A stretch of DNA of 64,000 nucleotides. Source: Marsupella aquatica. Its lineage: Eukaryota > Plantae > Marchantiophyta. This document shows positions 50,701 through 61,315 of the stretch, one piece after another (position 1 is the stretch's first letter; the number at the start of each line of letters is the position of its first letter). The notes beneath the pieces were generated by a model. It searched no databases. It was not told the origin of the DNA and worked only from the letters and a program-made list of their open reading frames with translations. The position numbers and the translations under genes are program-made. The DNA lies in the NCBI GenBank assembly GCA_973895155.1, contig OZ316899.1:15031974-15095973 (forward strand). The letters run 5' to 3'.

Positions 50701-51521
50701 TGATCGTTCCAATGGCAACCATATTGGTTCGATCCAAACCTGTGTAGAGTTCAGCCAACTCTGACATCCAATTTTCCCAATGAAAATAATCACGCTTAGT
50801 GTATGTGGTGTTTGCCAAACAAGACTGTGAAACAAAATCCGCCCCGTCCTTCTGCTTGTTAGAGGAAGATTTTTTGCTCCCATCGATATCAACATTCCAT
50901 ACTTATTGTGGACATCAACCACATCCCATAGAACCCATGAGCCCTTTGCCTCTTCAATTGTTGCAGCTCCACCGTGTGCGTAAGGTAAAGTCTTACTACC
51001 ATGAATCACATCGGTAATTTTCACACTAACCCGGGACTCACCGAGTAATATGTTATGGCATCTCTCCATTGGATCGGTCTTGAAAACAACTCCAAAGGCC
51101 ACACAATGGCCAGAGATAAACATTTCAACCTCATTGCCTGGCCTTAGGGTGGTCAAAGCATCCTCTACATTTGCAGATTTATGGATGTTGTTATCTGGTT
51201 GAGTCAAACAACTACCAATACTGATGCGTTTTTGAGTAATTTTATCCGCAGATCGATATGCACACAACATATCCCAAATGACACATGAGTCAATGGCATC
51301 ATGAAGATTTTCCGCCCTAGGCATTGGAAAAGGGAGCTTTCTGGTCTCCTCAAAGGCCTTCTCAATGAGAACCCCAATTCAATTCTATCCCAACAAAATA
51401 TTTTGAACACTCTCTCGCGGATCCGTCTTTTGAACTGTCCCACTTCCAACATCATAACCATCCATTGTCAAGGTCACATCATTGCCCCTAGAAAACCTTT
51501 GAGACATCCTTTCCCTATTTC
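47785..51521 (-). pseudogene. DUF7869-type (Sola-like DDD) transposase with three N-terminal DUF8039-like repeats and a Cys cluster; many stops and frameshifts
   Basis: CCKHKCC, VCRHAF..IHG, FAKCTLC, IIHDKMDQAKT, L(Q)MDNSAKDNKN, FLMVGHTH(..)IDALFS, and C-terminal VEWWRPKH. Upstream intron at 51522-52367 (AAG/GTGAGT...TGCAG on the minus strand). Confidence 0.8.
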
Positions 51522-51559
51522 CTGCACACTAATAAAATGGATTAAGACCAAACTCATGC

Positions 51560-52165
51560 AAATTTGGATTGAGACCATTTGAATATAAACTTTACTTAGA
51601 CCATCCGAGTCTGGATTTGGACTAAGACCCTCTGAGTCCGGATTTGGACTGGGACCATCCGAGTCCGGATTTGGACTGAGACCCTCTAAGTTCGGATTTG
51701 GACTGGGACCATCCAAGTCCGGATTTTGACTAGGACCTTCCGAGTCTGGATTTGGCCTGGGACCATCCAAGTCCAGATTTTGACTAGGACCTTATAAATT
51801 TGGATTTGGACTGGGACCATCCAAGTCCGGATTTGGATTGCGATCCTCCGATTCTGGATTTCAACTGGGACCATCCGAGTCTGGAATTGGACTGGGATCC
51901 TTGGAGTCCGGATTTGGACTAGGACCATCCAAGTTCAGATTTGGACTGCAATCGTCCAAGTACGGATTTGGAACTCGATCCTCCAATAAGTCCGGATTTG
52001 GACTTGGACCATCTCAATCCAATATTGGACTCGGACCATCCCAATCCAAACTTGGACTCGGACCATCCCAATCCAAGATTGGACTCGGACCATCCCAATC
52101 CAAATCCCAATGCAAATTGGGACTCTGACCATCCAAGTCCAAACTTGGACTAGGACCATCCTAGA
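51560..52165. repeat. 27-bp palindromic tandem repeat array (about 20 units) in the transposase intron
   Basis: Unit GGATTTGGACTGGGACCATCCGAGTCC. It shows as 9-aa periodicity in spurious ORFs. Confidence 0.92.
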
Positions 52166-53429
52166 CCAACCCAGGTAAGACATTGGGAGATGAACCCCAA
52201 ACATCTTAAGCTAAGAAAATCCAAATTTAGGAAAACTCCATATTTTACGGATCTCCCTATATGGTGTAGCCTAAAGTTGGCGTGATCTTAAGCTAGACAC
52301 TAATGTCTACATACAGTTTCATGAAATAATGGAACCTTATATTTGAATGCATTAACCTTATACTCACCTTAGTATTAAAATCTGGTAGAAGATGAATATC
52401 ACATTCAAGGGATATACTTTGTTGTTTCCAGATTGGTAAAAACTTTCCCAAAACCTTGCAATGCAAGCTATATGAGGCTAAATCTTGGGAATAAAAAACA
52501 ACTTAAACCCTAAACCACACTTCTCTATAAAAAATAAACTGAAAGGACTCCAAAAGCCAGGAAGTTGGCTGAGTTGACCCATTGCAAGTAAGTGGCTGAG
52601 TGCCGCAATGAAACTCCGAATTTAATGGAGCTAAGATTTGGGAAACTAGAACAAGAATGAGCTCCGAAGAGGACGTCTTCCAAATTATACCCTTGGCTTG
52701 AGTCAGTTCAACCAGAAATCTCGTGAAGATAAGTGTCAAGTATCCTTTCACCTTAGCTTGCAGACACACCTTATCTTTGCAAGGCTAAATGCGCGGGGAC
52801 AACCATGCAAGGTCATTTGGTAGCATTTAGGGCGCCGTATGCAGGAGGTCAAGGAAGGTGGCCATATGGAGGGTCGGGGCTGCAGGCCGTACGGATGCTG
52901 CAGGCCATACATAGGGAGCCAGCCATACGCAAGGTGAGGCAGGAGGTCAAGGCAGGAGGGGGTAAAGGGGTGAAGAGGTCCTGCCAGGACCTCATTCTCT
53001 TCTGCTTGCTCTCCATCTCTCCGCTCTGCTCTGCTCTCCGCTCTCTACCTCTTCGCTCTCCTCTTTGCTCTCCTCTTTGCTCTCCGCCTCCGCCTCCCCT
53101 CCTACCGGCGCCTTCCGTCTCCATCCTCCACAACCTTAAACCCTTTGCCTCCGCCTTCCGCCACCACCTCCATCCGGGCCTCTTAGTCCCGCCTCTTACC
53201 CCTAGATCGGATGCCTGCTAAGACACCACGTGTCATTTGCCATGCGTATTCAAGATGGAAGTGAACCGTGTCCTTGTTGGGGTCCTTGTGTTGTCCTCCA
53301 TGGAGCCAACGGAGGAGTTGGACCTCTCCTCTGTGAACGACAATGTAGAATTGGCACTCAAAGACTCCAGACAATTTCAATCACGAATCCCTAGTAAGTA
53401 TGCATCACCTATCCTCCCTAAGTCTTAGA

Positions 53430-53565
53430 GGACTCGGACCATCCCAGTCCAAAGTTGGACTTGGAGGATTCCAATCCAAAGTTGGACTTGGACCATCCCA
53501 ATCCAAAGTAAGTTGGACTCGGATGATCCCAGTCCAAAGTTGGACTAGGACCATCCTAATCCAAA
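53430..53565. repeat. Five copies of the 27-bp palindromic repeat in intron 1 of the ParB-MTase gene
   Basis: GGACTCGGACCATCCCAGTCCAAAGTT units. Confidence 0.9.
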
Positions 53566-54881
53566 GACAAGAATGAATCCCGATTGTAGGTGAAGGTCTA
53601 AAACTATCTCAAGTTGTACGTCTAACATGGACAATGTTTATGATGCAGGGAGAAATCTTGTTGGTTTCAAACCCGCAATTGCAACGGCTGACTGCCTGGA
53701 CGGATTCTTACTAGACGACGGGTCCCCAGGTTTCCGACGGGGGCTTGACTTCTCAAGGACCCCGCTTAATAATGAAGTATCAATAGGCACTATTGACCGG
53801 TTTTGACCTTAAAGTGCATATCAAATGATGGCCTGACTTTTGTTTCCGGACCTGTGGTCTCGGTTGGCATTGGGGGGAGAGGGATGAATTTGGTCATTCT
53901 GGAGATGCACAACAGGTCCTATTGGGTGAAACTTAACCTCGTGTCAAAGGCATACTCCTCAGAATTCAAAGTCAAATGGCACGCAAGTGGGGAATTGAGC
54001 GTGTTGTCAATGGGTTTTTTTCCAAAGACCTATGACACAAAGAAGTTGATCGTCGGGGTAACCGGTATGCTTCCAATCGACATTATGTATGGGTTTCAAT
54101 ATTTGAAACTCAACATGATGAAGCACCAAGGTAGTTTTTCTTTTCCAACTACCTGGACCTTGAGCAATTTACTTGAGAAAGCTGGATTGTTATCGTTGGA
54201 GTCAGGCCTGGTGTTTTAATCAATAAGGAAATTGCATTTGCTCCCAAGTTTGATTTAGTCAAAGCAAAACAATGGGTAGAATCTTTGTCCAAGGGGCAGA
54301 AGCTTCCAAAGTTGAATACAGACCTTGCACCCAAGCAAGCGCCTGAGAAAGCTCCAGAACCTACAACTGAGACCGCAGGAACTACAGCAGCGACCTCTCA
54401 AAGAGCACTGGGAAAGCGAAAACAAAGCCAAACAAAACCTCTGGTTGAAAAGAAACTGCCAGTTGAGAAGCCGAGTACGAGAAGATGAGTTGAGAATCCG
54501 GTTGAGAAGCCAAGTACAAGAAGCCGAGCTAAGAAGCCGGTTGAGAAGAAACTTCCAGTTGAGAAGCCAAGTGCAAGTGAAAAGAGGCCAAGACAGAAGA
54601 AGAAGTAGAAAATTGACAATGCCATCATGGATGACACTACAGAGAACCTGACAGTGCATTCACAAGATGTGGACGAGCAGTTGGACGCTCCTGAGGAGAA
54701 GAAGGTCTGAGAAGGTAATGAGGTACTGCAACAAATGGAGCAATATTATACGTTTGGGATCAATTCAATATTTTCTATTCCCGTAGAGAGTATTTTCCCT
54801 GCGTCGGCAAGACTTTGTTACAGAATGTTGAATGCAGACCATGTAAAGGATGTGGCCAATTCCATGATAAGAAATCCGGGG

Positions 54882-57800
54882 TGTGATGCCTAGCCAGGAA
54901 TTATTAGGCCAATTTAAATAGTAAAATCAGGACTATACCCTAGGAAACACCTTAGTATAGTAACAAAAATAGGGAAATATAAACAATTAAGGCTGACTAT
55001 GGAACCCGAGCCGAGGCCGAAAGTAAGGACGCCGGGGGAGGGAACACGATCAGGGTTAGGGTGCACTAAGTACCGGCGGCTATGGGTAACCAAAGGGAAA
55101 GAAGACCAGCCAAGGGGGGGGTAAGGACCGAGCGCAAGGAATGGCAGCTCATTTGCAAACACGAGCCAAGCGGACGACTACGGGAGGCCAACTACTGTCC
55201 GCTGCTCAGGCAAGCACTCGGGGTGGAAGCAGATACCGACAATCAACTCAAGAAGGGTATGAGCAACGTCAATCAAGCTGCTCATTTTTGGGGATGCCTG
55301 TTAGAACGGGAAACTGAGTACATTGGGACCTACGAGGACGAAGAATCGGAGAGAGCGGCTCGAGAATGGTAGGAGCTCGCTCGGCTGTGGGAGCTGCAGA
55401 AGTTTGCTTTCTTAGGAGGAGAACTCATTACGGCTGAATTCTTGTGGACGCCTACTGCCGACAAACTTAACGATCTTCTGTTTTGTGAGAACAGAATAGT
55501 CGGCATCCGGGAGGCCATCAACCGCTGCAATGACATACACTGGGAGTTGAAGGGTAGCACGAAGGGGTGGACAAAGGCAACCGTGCTAGGAGAAACATCC
55601 ATGGCAGCCGTTATGAAGAGGAAAGGGAACAACAACAAAGAAGCCACCCCTGCGAAAAGAACAAGGTCGGCGGCACCCAGGAAACCAGCAGAGCAGGGAA
55701 GCAGGAGGCAAGCGGAAGCCAAAGAGGAGGAGGTCAACCCCGTCAATGTCATTCCAACAAGAGATGACACCTAGAAAGGCTGGGCGGCGACCCTCCCCAA
55801 GGAGGTGCAATTACACTTTGCACGGGAGGAGGATGCATGCCTTACGGCTATGCAAACTCGGAAATACCAAGGTTTCATGGCCGGATCCGGCTTGGAAGCC
55901 TTTGTAAAGTTACCATGGCTAAAGCCGGAGGTGCCGGATTCAGACTTACTAGAATTCGTGGGATCATGGGAGCCCAAGACCAATTCCACAAGGGTGTATG
56001 GGAAGGATTTCTATCTCACTCCCCGGGTGATTGCCGAAGTGTTTGGCTTGCCGATGGGCAATAAGACCAAAGTAGATACCAGGAAGACCTTGCCAGACAG
56101 GGAGTTCTGGTCGTTTCCAGGGCCATCAACAAAGAATGGCTTCTTCCGAAACACCTGCACCAACCCGCACATAGGAGAAATGATTGATTTCTTGCGGGTA
56201 ACCATGCATTGTAACTTGCCGAGGGCAGAGATCGGCAAGGCACAGGTCTATCTGGCGGAGAGGCCAGACCCAAGCCAAGACTACAACGGGTACCTCCTCA
56301 CCCAACTAAAGAAGATCTTGAAGGAGGAACAACTGGTGATCGGCATGGGAAGCGTGTCCCGACTTGGTTATCATATGCCGCTATTGTGCCGGTATGCCAG
56401 AAGTCAGATATTCACCCCGGTATTGCCCCTGCAGGCAAGAGCACCAGAGGAGGTTCCAGAACCGAGGCCGACAATAGAGACACCGACCCACCCGACAGTC
56501 CTACAATTGAGCAAGTGTTTAGGCCGAGGAAGGAGGACTTGCCAATGCAGCAACCAGGCATGCAGAATCTGCTGAAATTGCTGGAGAAGGAAAGGAGAAC
56601 GGCAACGGCAACGGCAACGGGACCCGTACAGAATACTGCTCCCAAAGTCGGCCTTAGCCAACTTACCAGGGAAAACCCCTTTACCGGGGTCAAGGAGAGA
56701 AGGAGGCCGGAACACGAGCCGGGAGTCCGAATGTATGTAGGAGCTTCAAGTCCCGAAGCCGAGGAAAAGCAGCCCAAAGCTCCTAGTCGCGATAGGGAGA
56801 AGATGAGATCAACGTGGAAGCCAGAGGAACCAGGACCCGTGATCTGTGAGGCCGTGTTCATGGCAAGACCAGGACAGCAGCGGGGGGAGCCGGTAGTCCA
56901 AGCCGAGGAGGAGGCGGTAGAAGGCTACGACAATGATGACTCCGGCTACGGGTCAGACCATCATGTTCCAGGAATAAGGACCTGTGGCAGGTTCATCCCC
57001 ACTCTTCCAAGAGTAGTTCGAGGGGACCCGACTCAGTAGAGCAGCCCCAAGTCTCCCCCACCAGATGTCGCTCCCCCGAGCTTCGACGGCATAAAACAGA
57101 CGGCATAGGAGTTTCAGGAACAACTTAGGGAGGAAGAAGAGGCAGCCCTGGCTAGGGAGAAGGATTTACCAGGAGGAGAATGGCTAGAGGACATCAGGCG
57201 GCTTGCAAAAAATGAAGCAGCCCGCCAGCCACGATAGAAGAAATTTGCAAGGCGGCTTGGGAACAAAGGCCGCGGTGGATGATGCCGATGACTTCTACTC
57301 ACTCCGCCTATGCTAAAGAACGAGCCATGGAGTACGGGGAGATGTGTGGGGAACTTGCGCTCGGCATCTTTGGGGAGGAGTTGGAGTAGGGACCTTTTTT
57401 CCAGAGGGAAATGTTGGAGAAGCGCCGATTAGAAGAAGCGGTGGCTTTGGAGAGAAGCAAGAAGGACGAGGTCATCCGTCGGCTTAGGGCAAGGGAAGCC
57501 GAGGTAGAAGACCTGAAGGCGGCCAAGAAAGCCCAAGATGAGCTGCGGATTAAGCGGCATGAGCTCAACATCATGCAGGGGCAATTGGATACCGCGCAGT
57601 CTGATAATCAGATTATCAAGGATAAACTGACTCAGACCCAAGGTGAGCTGGCCGATTCGATCAAAGAAAAGGAGAAGTGGAAGCAAGAGCTGAGAGACGC
57701 AGAGGAGGCCCACATAGCAGCCAACAATCTGGCCATGGCGGAAACTCAGAGAAGGGAACGGGCGTTGAAGGGGGAACTCGAGGATATCCGCGGAGCCCTT

Positions 57801-59595
57801 GAGCAGAAGGAGGCCGAGTTAGGGAAATCCTATCAGGAGATTATCGTGCTGCGGCAGGAGCTTGCATCCATGACGGCCAGCTTCAAGGCCAACCTCCGCA
57901 AGAAAGACAACCAACTCGACCAGACTTATGCCAAGATGAATAAAATGGAGTCTGAGGTTGTTATGGAGCTCGACAAGGAGCTGAGAGCAACCCAGGAGGA
58001 GAGGGCTACCTTAAAGGAGGAATTGGAGGAAGCCCAGAAGGAGCGGGAGGAGGCGCGCAAGGACCTGGATGAATTGCAGGAAGAGTTGGAGGAAAGCACG
58101 CGGAAGATGGAGAACTTACAGCGGCGAGCCGACAACCAAACGGAGCGGCTGAAGAAACAAGTCGCAGTATTTAAGTGCTTGGCTTCCTTCAGGTCCAACT
58201 CCAATTGGGGCAACCAAGTTACCAGGAGTAGTATTGGCCGAAGGACAAGCCAAGACACTTGCACCGGTGCCGGAGGTAAGTGGCAAGGGGAAGGGGCCAG
58301 CTGCCGAACCAAAGAAGAAGAAGCGAAAACCTTTTGGGTCAGGGAGTAATACGGCTCCTCAAGCCGTTGTGACCAAGGAGGTAAACCCAACACCAACCTC
58401 AGGCAGGGTCACGGCAGAGGATCCAACTGCCCTAGAAGGCGGGGATGGCAAAGCCAAGGCCAGGATACTCGGTGATGAAGCCAGGGTACCGGATCCACCA
58501 CTAGAACATGTCGGGGAGGCCGTGGCCGATGCTGAGGCCAAAGCCGAGGGTGGACCCAGTCAGGCCGATGGAGAGTTGACTTGGTCCGGAGCAGGTAATC
58601 TGTCAGAGGGCGGACCTACGGTAGTGGCTGTGGAGGAAGTGTTGGGGGCGTCCATTGAGGACCAGATACCACTGCCATGACAATGGTGGAGGGCCGCTCC
58701 TTTTAAGGAGGCGGACGTGGAGGGAGGAGGCGTGAGTGGGCAGGGCGGGCTCAGATCTCCAAGTTTAGAATTAGGATCAGGACCAAGGGGCGGCCCTGAC
58801 ACTTAGCTTAGTGGGATTGCGGATCCACTGGTAAGAGCAACACTTGTGCTCCTGCCTCACTGTACATAGGTAGATTACAGTTAGGTAGATTACAGTAGGG
58901 TAGATTAGGCTTACGCTACAAGGAATTAGGTGGATCCACTACCAGGATAAGTACCTGGGCAGTGGGGAGTTGAGGGCCTTCTTCCTTAGCAAGTTTTTAG
59001 TGCACCAGCAGGGCTGGGATCAAGTAGTTAAAGAAGCTCTCGGTTAGTTATACTGTGACCCTTGTGTATATTCATGTTTCCTCATACCTAAGAGATGAAT
59101 AGAGTTGGCCTCACGGCTTAGTTCGCAGATCTTGTATATGAGAAGTACTCTTTGTATGGCAAGTGCATGGTATAACTCAGTCAGAAGGAGTCATTTTGCT
59201 ATTTGTGTGTCGCATTAACTTGTTTGAAGATTGCCCACATCAACCAAGAAGGGAGTAAGCAAGGTAGTAAGAGTTGGATGTGTCGAGCTGAGAGAGGTCT
59301 TAGCGGCTTACCCAAGCCAGTTGGGGATCATTCCGGCGGCGGAATCCAAACATACCTAAAAGGAAACCGAGAGAGGAGGACAAGGGAAGGCCTAGAATAG
59401 GCCGGCTACGTATCTCATGACCCGATGAAGGATCTGTCCAGTACATGTGAGTAAAATGTTAAATAGTAGTAGAAGGAAGTTAGCAGCGTCCCATGCCGCT
59501 AAGCCGCAAAATTGGCCTCGCCAAGAGCAAAACCTGCTGGAATCGGCTTGTGCAGAGGGGTTTCTTGGGTTTAGGGAGCCATGGGACGCACCACA
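54882..59595 (+). mobile_element. Unit A: 4714-bp solo-LTR-like element with accessory ORFs and no gag/pol
   Basis: TGTGATG...CACCACA termini. Perfect TSD CGGGG (54877-54881; the right copy is reconstituted after removing element B). Upstream ORF at ~55000-55550 and main ORF at ~55601-58680 (accessory domain plus long coiled coil), both with stops. Confidence 0.85.
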
Positions 59596-59598
59596 CGG

Positions 59599-60427
59599 TG
59601 TCGTGCCGAAAGATTTTGGCTCAAGAATGGCTTTTATAGGGGATGATGGGCGAGGCCTCCCGGTTGGGTTGCGTGCATGCTGACTTGGAGGGGTTGCTTG
59701 GTTTGTTGGATTGAGGTTTGGTGATTGGGTGACTCATCGTCACCAGGTTTGGTGTTTGGGTGAGTCACCAGGCTTGGAGTTTGGATGAGCCTCGCTGCTG
59801 GCAGCTGGCTCAGACTGGGTGGTTGGGTTTTCGATGTTATTTAAGACTTGAGCCTCGGCTCATTGAGGTTGGCGGTTGTCTATTGAGATCTGTTGAGTTG
59901 CGCTCTGTGAGTTCCACTCCGTTCTGCGGAACTCGACTGTTGTGCGGCGGTTTTGGAGTTCTGAGTGAGTTTTTGATCCAGGTGGGGAATTTCTCAAGTC
60001 TGGAGTCTCGTTGATCCAGGCGGGGATTTCTCAAGTTTGGAGTCTTGTCGATCCAGGCAAGATTTCTCAAGTTTGGAGCCTCGTTGGTCCAGGCCCGAGT
60101 TCCGTGCGAGTTGTTTTAGACTAGTGGAGTAGCTAGTCGAGTTTTTGGTTTTGTGAGCTAAGGAGGATAGTTTTTCCGTCAAATTTTGAGTAGTCAGTCA
60201 CTCGAGGAGTTCTACTCGACAAGTTAGAGGTAGCGGCCCGCCGTAGGGCCAACTACCAGACTCTTGCGGGCAAGCTTACTCGAGGGCACCTATTGTAACC
60301 TTTGTGAGAAAAGTAAAAAATATAAAGGAGTGAGAGTTCCCTCCAAAAAGTGCTTGTCACCTGTCCCGATCGCAGCCAGAAATGCGTAGTTTGCCCGAGG
60401 AGCCCCTAACTTTAAGTCCTTGCGACA
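59599..60427. mobile_element. Solo LTR B (829 bp) with a 4-bp TSD
   Basis: TGTCG...CGACA termini. ACGG at 59595-59598 and 60428-60431. Three ~38-bp internal repeats at 59977-60095. Confidence 0.8.
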
Positions 60428-60969
60428 ACGGGGCATGAACCACACATTGCAAACTTGATTCCTTACACTACAAAACATAGAAACCTAATGCAATATGACA
60501 ACACGGAATCAGATAGGAGAGACTTTGTAGCAGCCATGAAAAAGGGCAAGGTTCAATTCATTGCCATTAGCGGTCAACATTCGGCTAGAGCAGCCAGATG
60601 GATTCGAGAATGGGCAAAGAAGGATGCCAAGCTAACAGCATTGGAAAAAAAGCTGGAATTTCAAAAGTCAAGAATATTATCTCATCAAACACCATTGTCA
60701 ATATTAGTTGAGCATTCAATGTGATCGAATGCTATCAATAGCACAGTGGTGTTTCAGTCATGCTTCAAAGATACAGTCGTTCATGCCAAGCAACAATTTA
60801 TGGAATGTGAAAGACCTAACCAGCCAAAACATGGGGACAACAAAAAAAACGCTCAAGACAACCAAAAATTTCAGGTACAAAGTGTTACTGCTTGATGGGT
60901 ACAATACCATAGACTCTCCATATGTGGTTACAATTGAGATGGGGATTTTTGAACACAAAGCTTCAAGTT

Positions 60970-61315
60970 TGGTTTGGATTGAGATGGTCCGAGTCCAGAT
61001 GGATTCATGCACATTCAGTACAATATTTCCACTGATACCATCTAGTTTTGTGTTGGACTGGGATGGTCCCAGTCCAAATGGATTCACGCACATTCAATAG
61101 AATATTATCATTGATATTGTCTAGTTTTGTGTTGGACTGGGATGGTCCTAGTCCAAATGGATTCACGCACATTCAATATAATATTTCCACTAATACCATC
61201 TAGTTTTGTTTTGGACTGGGATGGCCCCAGTCCAAATTAAATCATGCACATTCAATAGAATATTTCCACTGATCAGACTGTCTAGTTTTGTGTTGGACTG
61301 GGATGATCCCAGTTT
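60970..61315. repeat. Five ~80-bp tandem units, each containing the palindromic motif in inverted orientation, in intron 2 of the ParB-MTase gene
   Basis: TTGGACTGGGATGGTCCCAGTCCAAA cores at about 60973, 61053, 61133, 61211 and 61293. Confidence 0.9.

Noticed and set aside
51560-52165. CRISPR-like array (palindromic repeats of about 27 bp)
   Set aside because: Units are head-to-tail without unique spacers, the 80-bp version has repeated rather than unique linkers, there are no cas genes, and the context is a eukaryotic intron.
51474-52204. Short ORFs with GPSPNPDSD or GLGPSQS repeats
   Set aside because: They are translation artefacts of the 27-bp intronic array.
52505-52513. Telo-box or telomeric motif AAACCCTAA
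   Set aside because: A single occurrence, expected by chance in this composition.
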